A stretch of DNA of 64,000 bases from positions 256,001 to 320,000 of the forward strand of contig JAXGYC010000007.1 in assembly GCA_040772485.1 (NCBI GenBank), in the 5' to 3' direction. The notes beneath the pieces were generated by a model that was not told the DNA's origin, made no database searches, and saw only the letters and a program-made list of their open reading frames with translations. The DNA comes from Sedimentisphaerales bacterium. GTDB taxonomy: Bacteria; Planctomycetota; Phycisphaerae; Sedimentisphaerales; Anaerobacaceae. Below are positions 1 to 11,101 of this stretch, one piece after another; position 1 is the first letter of the stretch; the number at the start of each line of letters is the position of its first letter. Made by a program: the position numbers and the translations under genes.

Positions 1-2142
1 GCGGGTGAATCGGTCCCTGGTCTCGGCCAGATCCGGGGCCGTCGTCTGGCCGGCAAAGCCCACCAGGATCACCGCATCCGTCAGTTTGGCCCATACGATG
101 GCATCGGGAAAGGCCAATGCCGGCGGCGTATCGACAATCACGTGGTCGTAGTCCCGGCCGATCTTGTCAATCTGCTCGGCCGCCGTGGAGGAAGCCAGCA
201 ATTCATAGGGATCCGCCAGGCTACGCGCGTTGGCCGCCAATACATGCAGACCGCTCCCAGGGACCACGCAGATGATCCCGTTCGGGTCCCCCCCCAGAAG
301 CACTTCCTGCACGCCGCCGGAACCGTTCGGCACATTCAGCATGTAACGCACGTCAGGCTTCCGCAGGTCGCCGTCGATCAGAAGCACCTTCTTGCCCGAT
401 TTGGCCAGACTCGTCGCCAGGTTGACCGCAAACGTCGTCTTGCCTTCCCTCGTGCCGGGACTGCAAACCGCCAGTCTCTTGGGCATCCCGCCGTCGGTGA
501 GCAGTCCGAGGTTCGTGCGGATCGTCTGATAGTCGCTGGCAATTTGTTCGGCAAACTGTGCGGGCTTGATCGTATGGGAACTCGTGGTCGTCCCCAGTAC
601 GGGCAACCCGAGATATCGCGTCATATCCTCCGGGGTCTGAAGCGTCTTGTCCATTCGGTGCCGCAGAAACGCCAAGCCGGCTCCCGCCGCCAGACCGGCG
701 AAAACCATGGCGATCGCCAGTTGCCGCCGACGGTCGTCTGTCTTGACGACATAGGCCGAATAGGCCGGCGTGATCCGAGGACGTCCCTGACGCTCCATCT
801 CCATCGTCTTGATCTGTTCGCTTATCCTTTCATACAACTGCCGGTCCATCGTGAGATTGAACTGAAGATCCTGGATTTGCAGATTGGTCTGGCCGACCTT
901 CTGCGTCTTGGTGCCCTGATCTTTGAGCTCTCCCTGGAGTCTTTCCTGGTGGGCGACGAGTTGCTGCAATTCCAATCGGGCGTTCTTGAGCCTCTCCTGC
1001 GCGACCGCCGCGATGCGCTCCTCAAGCCCCTCGTTGAATTCCTGCTCCAGGCTCTCGCGCTTTACCTCCAAGGCCTGTTCGAACTTCGCGAGCAGATCCT
1101 CCTGTTGCCGGAGGGCCGGGTTCCCCGGCTTGAGCGTCTGTGTGGACACCAGCAGATCGCGTCGCATCTCCACGATGTTCTGCGACAGTTGTTGGAATTC
1201 AGGATCTGAATTCACGTAGTTCTTTCGTTCCGCCACGATCTGCTCGGCAGGCATGTTGACATCCGTCGCCGCCTGCGCCAAGACGGCAACCGTGGCTTCG
1301 AGGTCAAATCGCCGGGCCTCCAGTGCGATCCACTGGGACCACAGGGTGTTCTGCGTTTGCAGTTCCATGTCGTGACGGGTGTCCAACACGGTGGTTCCGT
1401 ATTCCTCTGCGAGCTGGTAGATCGTCTCTGTCTGCGAGGTGATCTTGTTGCTCAACTGGTTCCGGGTATCGGTCAGGATCCGGATTCTCGCATTCTCGGC
1501 CTCGGTGGAATCGGTGCCGTACTTGTTCTGGTAGTGCGTCAGAAAGGCATTCACGATCTGGATGGCTTCGGTTGCGTCCGTCGCCTTCATCGTCACAGCC
1601 ATCAGTTCCGTGTGGGGAATCTGACCGGCCAAGATCACTCCGCCGGCCACGGCATTTTTCAGTACGGCGGCCGGGTCCGGCCTGCTCGTAAGAGGCAGGA
1701 ACATGGCCTTGAGTTTGCCGATCGGCGTCTGCGGCTCGCCACTGAAGATACGCAGATCCCGACCGGACAAGTCGTCGGCAATTCTCTGGAGAACGGGGCC
1801 GCTGGTCAGAATCGTGACCTGCGTGTTGACAAAGTCGGCATAACCCGAACCGCTCCCCCCGCGGGCTTCGTTCTGGCCCGGGAGGATGCTCTCGACCACC
1901 GGGGCAACGCGCACGGCACCCTGCACGTTGAAGACGGGCGGTGAGAAGAACCAGATCGCCGGCAGACCCACCGCACAGACCAGAATGAGCACGCCCAGGA
2001 CGATGTACCATCGCTTCGCGATGCTTCGCAGGACATTCGGCTTCGGCTGTGACGGCGCGTCCGACTCGAGGTCCAGAGGGACGTCATACGGCGCGGGTTT
2101 CTGTTCGATCACCTGATCCAGGTATTTCTCAAGATTATTCAT
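1..2142 (-). CDS. wzc: Polysaccharide chain-length regulator / tyrosine autokinase (Wzc/GumC-CapB type), runs off the left edge
   Basis: My translation from ATG 2142 (MNNLEKYLDQVIEQ...) gives an N-terminal TM (WYIVLGVLILVCAVGL), a coiled coil, a second TM, then Walker A SPGTREGKTT and LLIDGDLRKP. It has no stop in the window, so it is absent from the ORF track. Confidence 0.9.
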   Translation of the reverse strand, partial: MNNLEKYLDQVIEQKPAPYDVPLDLESDAPSQPKPNVLRSIAKRWYIVLGVLILVCAVGLPAIWFFSPPVFNVQGAVRVAPVVESILPGQNEARGGSGSGYADFVNTQVTILTSGPVLQRIADDLSGRDLRIFSGEPQTPIGKLKAMFLPLTSRPDPAAVLKNAVAGGVILAGQIPHTELMAVTMKATDATEAIQIVNAFLTHYQNKYGTDSTEAENARIRILTDTRNQLSNKITSQTETIYQLAEEYGTTVLDTRHDMELQTQNTLWSQWIALEARRFDLEATVAVLAQAATDVNMPAEQIVAERKNYVNSDPEFQQLSQNIVEMRRDLLVSTQTLKPGNPALRQQEDLLAKFEQALEVKRESLEQEFNEGLEERIAAVAQERLKNARLELQQLVAHQERLQGELKDQGTKTQKVGQTNLQIQDLQFNLTMDRQLYERISEQIKTMEMERQGRPRITPAYSAYVVKTDDRRRQLAIAMVFAGLAAGAGLAFLRHRMDKTLQTPEDMTRYLGLPVLGTTTSSHTIKPAQFAEQIASDYQTIRTNLGLLTDGGMPKRLAVCSPGTREGKTTFAVNLATSLAKSGKKVLLIDGDLRKPDVRYMLNVPNGSGGVQEVLLGGDPNGIICVVPGSGLHVLAANARSLADPYELLASSTAAEQIDKIGRDYDHVIVDTPPALAFPDAIVWAKLTDAVILVGFAGQTTAPDLAETRDRFTR

Positions 2143-2159
2143 TGCCCCATTCTCCTATG

Positions 2160-4133
2160 TCAAGAGTTCGGTATCTGTCGCGGTTGTCGTCGCGTGATGA
2201 CCGTCGATGAGAGATCCGCCGGCGGCGTGGTCAGCCGCGCCAGAAACCACAACTCTACCACTACCAGAGCCAGTGCCAGAGGCATCATGGCGTATCCGCC
2301 AAAATCGTGGAACAGCTTCTCCACGTTTTCGCCTGTGAGAACCGTGAACGCCACCGCGGTCACGGTAAGTCTCAATGTGTTGCACAGCAGGGCAATCGGC
2401 AGGCTGGAGATCAAGATGAGCACTTTCTCCCACCAGGTGCGCCTGGTCAGAAGGGCCACCAGGCCGCTGATCACGACGAAGGCGGTAATCATCCGCAGGC
2501 CGTTGCAGGCTTCGGCCACCGCCACACGCGTGTCTCCGATCGTGATGATATTGCCTTCTCTGGCCACTTCGTATCCGGCCAACTCCAGGCAAAAAACCGC
2601 AGACGTCGTCGCCCAACCCTGGAGGGGGACGGCCAGAGCGGCCTGGACGCGGTTCGGCCACGGAAGCATCAGGCACAGGAACAGCAGCGCCGGCGCCAGC
2701 TTTCGCAGGAAGCTCCAGCCCAGAAGCAGCAGAGCAACGGCGACTACCGACATGAGCATCGAGAGTCTCTCGGCAGAGCCGAACATGAGGTAGAGTCCCA
2801 TGCCTCGGACGGTCTGCGCCAGAAGCAGCAGGACAATCCCGGCCCACACCGCGGGCCGAACCGGCACCGTGTCAAAATCCCGCCGCCGCACCCAGAGGGC
2901 ATAGGCCGCCAGGAACGGAACGAGCAGGCCGGCAGAGTATTCATCGTTTCGCCGCCAGACTTCATAGAGGTCTGTGAACGTCGCCCAGTAGGACCACAGA
3001 AACGCCATGAGAATGACGGCCCCTCCGACGAGATATCCCGCTTGGCTCGGAGACCTTCGGGCCCAGACAGGCAGTTTCTCCATCAGTCCCTCCACTCGAT
3101 CTGCAAGGCGTGCGCCCCAATGTCCCCAATTCGTCCCTCCGGATACAGCGGGTACCTCTCTCGCCCACATCGCCCTGCCGGCCACGACCGCCCGGTCGGA
3201 CAGCACCGCTCCGCTACCGAGGACCGATTCAAGGACCTCACAGTGGTTGCCCACACTCGCGTCGCCCCACAACACGCTCCTGACGACGACGCTGTCGCAA
3301 CCGATCACAGCCCGAGGCCCGATAACAGTCGGGCCCACCACCACCGCACCTTCGAGAATGCGCGCCTGTTCCCCAACCGCTACCGGCCCCCAGATCCTCG
3401 CAGAACGATGAATCGAGGCCTGCGGTGCGATCTGGAACCGCCCGCTCGGCGTTTCCACCACGTCGGATCCGGAACACCCCGTCAGATGCATCCACACGGC
3501 GTGCAGATAGCCGCTGCGGTCATGGAAGCTTCCAACCTCCTCGGTCAGTACAAACGGTCGGACTACGCCTCCGGCACGCAGGATCGACGGGATGAGTCCT
3601 TCCTTGATGTCCGAATAACCGCCGGCAGGAATCAGACGCAATACGTCAGGTTTGCACAGATAGATCTCGGCAGGGGCTCCAGGCGCGCCGCCGTCCGACG
3701 GTCCCGGGTTGAACACCGTGGTCAAGTCGGCACCGTGCAAGTGGTGCGACTCGATCAGACCTCGCAACGGGGGCGGCGAAGCCATGCTCCCCGAAAAGAC
3801 CATGATCAGATCGCCCGAATCGGATCCCACTGCGTCCCGAAGACACCCGGCCGTGCCGCCGGACAGGTCTTCGTTCAGTGTGGTGATTTTCAGTCGACGT
3901 CGCTGGCGAACCGGCTCGATGTACTCGGAAATGTCGTTTTCACTACAGACCACAACCCGGCGAATCCCCTCCTCTGCAAGGTGGTCGAGCAACCGCTCGA
4001 GGGCCGGTCTGCCCACGATCGGCCACAGGGCCATGGGCAGATGCGCCGCCAGCGGACAACGTCCGAAATCCTGTCGCCCGACGAGCACGACAGTCCGTAT
4101 ATCCAACTTCTCTATCTGGAGGTTGCTTTGCAT
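2160..4133 (-). CDS. Fusion of an NDP-sugar pyrophosphorylase-like domain, a left-handed beta-helix and an exosortase (EpsH family)
   Basis: N-terminal LPMALWPIVGRP and GTAGCLRD motifs, then hexapeptide repeats (IWGPVAVGEQARILEGAVVVGPTVIG). The C-terminal multi-TM region has exosortase motifs VAEACNGLR, NTLR and FHD. Confidence 0.85.
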   Translation of the reverse strand: MQSNLQIEKLDIRTVVLVGRQDFGRCPLAAHLPMALWPIVGRPALERLLDHLAEEGIRRVVVCSENDISEYIEPVRQRRRLKITTLNEDLSGGTAGCLRDAVGSDSGDLIMVFSGSMASPPPLRGLIESHHLHGADLTTVFNPGPSDGGAPGAPAEIYLCKPDVLRLIPAGGYSDIKEGLIPSILRAGGVVRPFVLTEEVGSFHDRSGYLHAVWMHLTGCSGSDVVETPSGRFQIAPQASIHRSARIWGPVAVGEQARILEGAVVVGPTVIGPRAVIGCDSVVVRSVLWGDASVGNHCEVLESVLGSGAVLSDRAVVAGRAMWAREVPAVSGGTNWGHWGARLADRVEGLMEKLPVWARRSPSQAGYLVGGAVILMAFLWSYWATFTDLYEVWRRNDEYSAGLLVPFLAAYALWVRRRDFDTVPVRPAVWAGIVLLLLAQTVRGMGLYLMFGSAERLSMLMSVVAVALLLLGWSFLRKLAPALLFLCLMLPWPNRVQAALAVPLQGWATTSAVFCLELAGYEVAREGNIITIGDTRVAVAEACNGLRMITAFVVISGLVALLTRRTWWEKVLILISSLPIALLCNTLRLTVTAVAFTVLTGENVEKLFHDFGGYAMMPLALALVVVELWFLARLTTPPADLSSTVITRRQPRQIPNS

Positions 4134-4645
4134 TGGTCCAAGTCTTGTCTTGACGCCTGCTTCCTTGCCTTTCCACGTTCCACGTCAACATCGGGGGAGA
4201 AATACGGACGCGACAACACTCGCGCGGGATCCCGCGCTCCTCCTGTGTACGACGTCGGTGCGCCAGGCCTCATTTCAACCGTGCTGCTCGATACTCCATT
4301 CTCTTGAGTGTATAGGATTTCCGGAAGACCACGGCGTCTTCGCCACCCTCCGGAGGCATGCTATCACACCGTGAAACGCATATCCAGCCAATTCCGGAGG
4401 CGCGCCAGCGCTTTTGCGACGGTTTCAGACGCCGAACACATGGTCCGATATCCCCCTGCATCGCAGACCGCCCTGGGTCCGACCCGTAGGGAGCCGTCCA
4501 TTTACAGTTCCACAGGGGATATCGGCACTTTCACGGGCGGGATAAACATGGATACGCACTTGGTGTTGCAGAACACAGAGCGCCGGCGGATTCCTCGACG
4601 GCGCGCCCCATGCTGACTGGCGCAAGTGCATCCGTCGCCTGACCG

Positions 4646-5293
4646 TCAGTCTCCGCCAATGACCACAAGCGTCTCGGCCATGAAGGTCACTCGGATGGGG
4701 GTGATCTCGCTGGCGCCAAAGCAACTGCGCAGCTCCCGCACAGTCATCAGGCGGAGGCCGGAACAATCACAGCCGAAGACATACCTGCCTCGTACGTGGT
4801 TGTAGCTGAAGATCCGGCCGCAGGCCAAGTACGCCTGGCCGGGCAGCCACGTCACGAAAGGCAAACGAAGGTGAAACTCGAACGGATACCATCGATTCGG
4901 CGTCGTGACAAACCAACGGCGCCCGACGCACATGACCTCCGATGCCATCTTCCGCTGGTCTTCCAGACCGCCGACGTGCTCGATGACCGCGTTGCTGTAG
5001 ACCACGTCGAAATACTTATCGGGCCAGGGAAGACGGCGCGCATCGGCGGTCCTGGCATCGACCTGGGGAAAACGCTGCTGGATCGCGCTGGTGTGCTGTT
5101 CCAGGATGTTCACGGCGCTGACACTGGCCTTCCAGGGATACGAATTGATGAGCTGGCAGTCATTCTGGTCGTCCAGAGCGACCTGCGCACCTACATCGAG
5201 GATCTTCGTCTGTGCGTGAGGTTTCATTCGCTCATAGAACAGTTGCAGCTTTCGCTGCCGACTGATCCTCGAAAACCGTGTGAAGAGTCCCAT
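4646..5293 (-). CDS. Class I SAM-dependent methyltransferase
   Basis: ILDVGA, ADARRLPWPDKYFDVVYSNAVIEHV, TTPNRWYPFEFH. Confidence 0.85.
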   Translation of the reverse strand: MGLFTRFSRISRQRKLQLFYERMKPHAQTKILDVGAQVALDDQNDCQLINSYPWKASVSAVNILEQHTSAIQQRFPQVDARTADARRLPWPDKYFDVVYSNAVIEHVGGLEDQRKMASEVMCVGRRWFVTTPNRWYPFEFHLRLPFVTWLPGQAYLACGRIFSYNHVRGRYVFGCDCSGLRLMTVRELRSCFGASEITPIRVTFMAETLVVIGGD

Positions 5294-5296
5294 TGT

Positions 5297-5484
5297 CTAT
5301 TCCATAGAGAAGCATGGAGTGATCGACATGGTGAAACGGTCGATGTGTTCTGCCGCCGCGTGAGTGTTTGCCGCCCGGTGCTGCGCCGGGAAGAATCGCA
5401 CGCGTGTTGATTTCGTCGCGAAGAAGTCGTCAACGGTTCGGACGAGACGATCGAACGGAAGCTGTGTTCCCAAGGTCGGAAGAA
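5297..5484 (-). pseudogene. Internally deleted, start-less second copy of the PssE-like glycosyltransferase subunit
   Basis: LGTQLPFDRLVRTVDDFF is joined almost directly to AAAEHIDRFTMSI. These match the N- and C-termini of the 6199-6684 protein. The ATG position reads CTA. Confidence 0.75.
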
Positions 5485-5952
5485 CTAGACGACCGCCCCG
5501 ACGTACTCCACACCCCGGTATTTTCGGGCCAGCGCCGGCCATTGGACCAGGAACAAATCCGCGAACGGACGAACCAGCCGACCCGAAAGAGACAGACGAT
5601 GGACGTTTGTGATGCTGTCCAGCCAAATCACTCTCGCTCCGGCCAAATGGCCGAGCAAGGCCACCAGACATCCCGGGGCCGCCCCCGTGCTGATCACCAC
5701 GTTCGGGCGTTCCTGGCGAATGATGCGAAGACACCGGAAGAACACCCCAATGACGCGCACCAGGTGCTGACGATTGCATTCACCGACCACGTGAACTTCG
5801 CCGGTCTTGCCCAGGGTATCCCGGACGACGTCGACGGTCGTGATCCAGCAGACCCGCTGGCCGGACCAGACCTTGGCGATCTTCAGAAGCTCACTGAGGT
5901 GCCCTCCTGCCGAGGCCACCAGGCAAATCCTTCGCTGTTTCTCGGTCGTCAC
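5485..5952 (-). CDS. pssD: PssD/Cps14F (Alg14-like) glycosyltransferase subunit, copy 2
   Basis: CLVASAGGHLSEL, VISTGAAPG, WLDSITNVHRLSLSGRLV, FLVQWP. Confidence 0.85.
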   Translation of the reverse strand: MTTEKQRRICLVASAGGHLSELLKIAKVWSGQRVCWITTVDVVRDTLGKTGEVHVVGECNRQHLVRVIGVFFRCLRIIRQERPNVVISTGAAPGCLVALLGHLAGARVIWLDSITNVHRLSLSGRLVRPFADLFLVQWPALARKYRGVEYVGAVV

Positions 5953-5999
5953 GGTGTAAGACCCTCCTCACGCGCAGATCTTTACTGGGCCACCGAGAC

Positions 6000-6120
6000 A
6001 GGAAGTACATGGCACTGCTCGCCGCAGATGAACGCTTCGCACAGCGTCCGCATCCACGGGCCATTGCCCTTCCGCTCGGGGCAATGATCCTCCAGGACCT
6101 TGCGCAGCTCATCTCCCTTG
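6000..6120 (-). pseudogene. Degenerate duplicate of the asnB 3' end
   Basis: One minus frame reads DELRKVLEDHCPERKGNGPWMRTL; AsnB at ~7230-7310 reads [24 protein letters not shown]. Confidence 0.65.
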
Positions 6121-6198
6121 AGCCACCACCGATGATACAACAACTCCCAGGCCTGCTCTTCGACGACCTACGAGGTGTTATAAAGTATACCAAAAGCG

Positions 6199-6684
6199 TC
6201 ATCCCAAGTCAATCGACCGGACAAAACAATCTATGCGCTCAGCCACCGCGTCCGGGCTGGCCGTCCGAGGCCGGGGCCGGAAGGATTTCAGCCGCGTCAG
6301 CTTCGCGGCCAGTTCACCGGGCGTATGGGCGACCAGAATGTGCCCCAGAGCCTCAAACTCGTCCGCCAGAGCCACCTGATGATCGTTGACGACCTCGGCA
6401 TATTTCTTCCGACGAGGCATCGCCAGGAGCGGCTTTCCGCTGTCCAGGGCCAGCATGATGGTGCCCATGCCGGCATGACCGATAATCGCAGAAGCCTCGT
6501 GGAAACGCCGGTCGAACATCTCTTTGTCGAGGGTAGCCACCGCATCGAAGTGCCGGGGCTTGTAGGTGGTATCACCGATCTGCGCGAAAACCTCATCGCC
6601 CAGTTCGTATGCGTCGAAGAAATCGTCGACCGCCCGAACGAGACGGTCGAAAGGAAACTGTGTCCCGACGGTCAGGAAGATCAT
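6199..6684 (-). CDS. pssE: PssE/Cps14G (Alg13-like, GT28 C-terminal) glycosyltransferase subunit
   Basis: MIFLTVGTQFPFDRLV, IIGHAGMGTI, MPRRKKYAEVVNDHQ; ATGA overlap with the pssD stop. Confidence 0.9.
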   Translation of the reverse strand: MIFLTVGTQFPFDRLVRAVDDFFDAYELGDEVFAQIGDTTYKPRHFDAVATLDKEMFDRRFHEASAIIGHAGMGTIMLALDSGKPLLAMPRRKKYAEVVNDHQVALADEFEALGHILVAHTPGELAAKLTRLKSFRPRPRTASPDAVAERIDCFVRSIDLG

Positions 6685-7172
6685 ATCACGGCTCCGACAT
6701 ACTCCACCCCCCGGTATTTCCGTGCCAGCTCCGGCCACTGGACCAGAAACAGATCCGCAAACGGACGGACCAGCCGCCCTGAGAGCGACAGGCGATGGAC
6801 ATTGGTGATGCTATCCAGCCAAATCACCTTGGCGCCCAACAGATGCCCCAACACCGCCACCATACAGCCCGGAGCCGCCCCCGTGCTGATTACGAGGTTC
6901 GGCCTGGCCTGGCGCAGAATCCGCAGGCAACGGAACAGCACGCTGACGACGCGCAGCGGATGTTGGCGGTTGCATTCGCCAACGACATACACGACTCCGC
7001 CGCCTCCCAGGGAATCACGGACCACCGCAGCCGTGGTGATCCAGAACGTCTCATTCCCGGACCAGGCGTTCGCAATCTTGAGCAGTTGGCTCAAATGGCC
7101 GCCCGCGGATGCCGCAAGGCAGATCTTGAGCGGTCCTTTGGCCTTCACGAAATGGATTCCACTCTTGGACAA
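6681..7172 (-). CDS. pssD: PssD/Cps14F (Alg14-like) glycosyltransferase subunit, copy 1
   Basis: CLAASAGGHLSQL, ISTGAAPG, LFLVQWPEL. Confidence 0.9.
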   Translation of the reverse strand: MSKSGIHFVKAKGPLKICLAASAGGHLSQLLKIANAWSGNETFWITTAAVVRDSLGGGGVVYVVGECNRQHPLRVVSVLFRCLRILRQARPNLVISTGAAPGCMVAVLGHLLGAKVIWLDSITNVHRLSLSGRLVRPFADLFLVQWPELARKYRGVEYVGAVI

Positions 7173-9034
7173 TACTTCTCTCGAGCCCTGGAAACCGGGT
7201 GGTTACAGAATACATCGCTCCAGATCGACAGCCCCAGGAGCGTCCAGATCTGAAGCCAGTTGTCTTTCCGCTGAGTGCAGTGGTCGTCCAAAACCTTTCG
7301 CAGTTCCCGTCCATCAAATAATCGTACGAGAAGCCCCTGCCGGTCGCAGATCCGGTCGTAACACAGATCGCGCAACTGGCCCCGAAACCACGCGGTCAGC
7401 GGCAAACGAAAGCCGACCTTCCTTCGATGCACGATCGTCTCGGGCAGGTATCTCAGGGCAATCCGCTTGACCAGCCACTTCCGGGCAAAGCCCCGAACCT
7501 TCACGTCCGCCGGCAGGCGGAACGCATGCTCCACCAGTTCGTGGTCCAGGAACGGGACACGCCCCTCCACAGAAGCCCCCATGGTCATCCGGTCGCCCCG
7601 GTCGAGGAGATTGTCAGGCAGCCACACCTTGCAGTCCGCGTACAGCATGGCGTCCAGTGCGTGGCCTTGGGAACGGCGAACATGTTCCTGCAAAGGACTG
7701 GGCCAGGAACCGTGGGCCGGCATCAGGAGCGCTTTCTCCCGGCGGGTGAACGGAGCGAACCACTGAGGCCACCGATCGGCCGGATCGCGCTCACACAGAC
7801 TTCGCAACGCCACTTCCGCGCGCCTGAACCTGGCCGGCGCCATGGAGCAGAGGGTCTGGGAAAGCCGCACGGGCATCCAGTTCACTATCGGAGAGAACCG
7901 ATCGTAAGCATACTTGGGGTAGCCTCCGAACAGTTCGTCGCTGCCCTCTCCGGAAAGCAGCACCTTGACATCGCGACGAGCCATCTTTGACAACAGATAG
8001 AGCGGAACATCCGCCGGCTCGCTCAGGGGGCTGTCCCGCATCCACGTCAGCTTTTCCAGATGGTCCGCGAAACAGTCCTCTTCGAGAACGAGCTCATGGT
8101 GGTCGGTCCCTGTACTTCTGCGCTTACGATCCGGGCATGGCGGCTCGAGGACGCCGCGTCACGGAACCCGACGGAATACGTTCGCACCGGGAACGCGTGG
8201 TGAGCGTACTCATCAGCGCTTTATTGAGACTGGAATCCACCGCCGCTCGGGAACGCCCCAGCGGGACATCGCTGATGAGCCGGCGTTTCACGGAGTCTTC
8301 AGCAGCGATTCGGTCTGCGCTCGATCTCCGCCGGTTTCGCTGCGCTGGAGCCAGAACCATCCGCTCAAGGAATGTCCCAGTACGACCGATCAACCAAGCC
8401 CGCCTCGGTGACGATTACGAGATGCCCGGGTCGGACCTTGACGATCCCTTCGAAGAAGGTGGCCGAAACCGGAACGGAACGAAAATCAGATAGTGCCAGA
8501 TCGCCTCCGTGCCCGGCCGCGCATCAATGCCCGGATGCTGGAAGAACGCCTTCGGTTCGGAAGCAAATACGAAGTCACCGCCGCACTGGCTGTAGTAAAG
8601 CGGCTTGATTCCCATCCGATCCCGAGCCAGGGAAGAGCTGTCGGCATTCGTGTCCCAAATGGCAAAGGCAAACATCCCCTGCAGCCGGTGGACCATCTCG
8701 GGCCGTACTCCTCGTACAGGTGCACCAGGGTCTCCGTATCCCCGGACGTCTTGAGGCGGTGCCCCCTGCCCAGCAGGTGCTCGCGCAGCTCGCGGTAGTT
8801 GTAAGATCTCGCCGTTAAACGTCACCCATACGCTTTCGTCTTCGTTCGCCAGGCTGCTTCCCTTCCCCGCGTCGATAATCTGCTCAGACGAACGTGCCCC
8901 AAAGCGGCGTGCTCGGTGGAAATCAGACCCTCCCCGTCGGGCCCCCGATGGCGCATCACCTCCACCATGCTCTCAACGATCCGACGGCGAGCCGGATCTG
9001 GCGAAAGACCAACGATACCCGCGATCCCACACAC
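7145..9034 (-). CDS. asnB: Asparagine synthase (glutamine-hydrolysing) family amidotransferase; 5' half frameshifted several times
   Basis: Motifs occur in order across frames: [73 protein letters not shown]. Confidence 0.9.
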
Positions 9035-9039
9035 AGCAA

Positions 9040-10093
9040 CGAATTCCTTTGCCCGTTTGGCCGCTCCTTGACGGAGCGAGCCTGCATACTACGAAGATGG
9101 GGGCCTTCTTCACGCCGGAGATCCCAACTGGCCACCAGTACCTGGAGAGATTGTCGAAACCGCGATCCCGGAACCAGGACTCGAACTCGCTCTCCGTGAA
9201 CATGTCTCGATACATCGGAGACAAAACGTCGAACCATGTCAGCACGGTTCTCGATATCCCCTCTGAAGCAAAGGAAATCTTGAGGTGAGTGCAGTTCTGG
9301 ATGAATCGGCAGCGGCAGGAGGGGGTCAACAGAAAGAGCGTCAACCAAGTGACAAATGCAATGACCTGGCAGAGAGATGGTAAGAAAACGATGATTCCAA
9401 TGCACCAAAGCCCAACGGACGGAAAACCTTTCGGAGGGCCACCATCGGACTGGCTTTCTTCTCATATACCCAGAAATAGGCCCGTCCCCCCTTCCTGACG
9501 AGCGCGCGAGCTAATCGAAGGCTCCTCGCGAATCCCCCGTATGGTGGATCACGCCGTTACACCAAACAAGATCGAAGGACTCCGGTGGAAAAGGCGGGGC
9601 AAGGACGCTCGCCTGGACCAGATGGAGATTTGGCAACCGGCCGTCGGCCTGATAGGCGTCGACAATCGCGGGATTGATGTCCATGCCGACGACCTCCGCC
9701 CCAGGATAACGCCTCGCGATCTCTGCCGTGAGCACACCGCTGCCGCAACCACCGTCCAGGATCCACTTGCCTTGAATGTCCCGTTCCGAGATCCCGAAGG
9801 CTTCAAAGAAGTAGTTGACTTGCTCGTCGATGCCTCGTCCGGGCACGGTTCCCTTCTCGAATCCGCCCGCATGGTGTGTCTTCCACTCAGATCGAAACTC
9901 TGTGACACATGGCTCTGACAGTGTTCGCGAGGCGCAGCGCGTGGAACCCCGCCTGAGATCGGGAATTCGGCACGACATCCCGTACATGAAAGATGCCCCT
10001 CCAGAATCTCGGCTTGTTCTGCCTGGAGTCGACGAAAGCGAGAGAGGCCTTGCACAACGGACATCGGAGCAGCGCAACAATGGTTGACTTCAT
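9040..10093 (-). CDS. Trm112-like Zn-ribbon plus class I SAM methyltransferase, frameshifted
   Basis: LLRCPLCK...EGHLSCTGCRAEFPISGGVPR, ILDGGCGSG, FDLVWCNGVIHHT and TWFDVLSP lie in different frames. The end coordinate is approximate. Confidence 0.75.
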
Positions 10094-10199
10094 GGGAAGT
10101 GATCCTTCCTTCTGTTGTACAAATCTCCGCTTGGATCAGGAACCCATCTCGGTGCGGCACTCGCATGCGGATGGCAAAGGAGGCTGTTCGACCGTGCTC

Positions 10200-11101
10200 T
10201 CCGGCTGGATAAGGTCTCAAGAAGAGGCGGGCAGCGCTGATGCAAGCCATCAGGCGCGCATGCAACTCTGCTATATCGCCTCGCGTCATCCGGAAATATC
10301 GACTCTCGAGTGGGGGCTGACATGAAGAGCCGCAGATAACGATACGGCCAGGGGTCGAGGCAGGTCCTTGAGGCACAAATCTCATGCACTTGGCCAACAT
10401 GAAGGCCGGATGCGTGGACAGACAGTAGTCGGCCAACCCCTGCTGGAATCTTGCACGAAGGACATGGCGGCCACCTGCTGTCCCCAGGGGCTTCAAGTGA
10501 ATGGCCTGGATGTCCGAAACGACCAGGTCTTCCAGCCGTTCATCCTGGCCAGGATCTCTGTACACGTGTCCTCGCCACCATGCTTGCACCCGGGACGTAC
10601 CCCCCACCTGCCCGTAGCAGGCGCGACGGAAGACCTGAAATGCTTTCAGGTGGAGTACCTGTCGAATTCCAATTCTCTCAGCTTTCCGTTGATCAGTTCG
10701 AGCAAACCGCCGGCCGCGATGCCCATGTCGCGATTCATCTCCAGGCGATGGAACACCTCCCTCGTAGTAGCGGTCACAGAGGACGATGTCCATCCAAGAT
10801 GGCCAGGTACTCAAACGACAGGTCGCGCACCGCCTCATATCCGGCCAGCAGGGCGTAGACGTTGCTCGCATAATACGTCTGGCCCGGAACTCGCTCTCGA
10901 CGCAGGTAGCGCATCCAGTCGTACTGCCGGGCATAGCGGCTGGACGATCTGCGCCGTCGGATCCGTCGACCCGTCGTCGACAATGACCCAGCGGACCGGC
11001 CGGATCGTCTGACGCACGACGCTCTGAATCGTGCGTTCGATATATGCCGCTTCATTGAAGGCCGGCGTCACGATGACATATGTCGGTCTTTCTGTGGTCA
11101 C
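10200..11101 (-). CDS. GT2 glycosyltransferase, frameshifted
   Basis: YVIVTPAFNEAAYIERTIQSVVRQ, WVIVDDGSTD, YLAILDG. The 3' end is approximate. Confidence 0.8.

Noticed and set aside
4134..4645. Short ORFs between the exosortase fusion and the methyltransferase
   Set aside because: No motifs or convincing RBS; probably an intergenic or promoter region.
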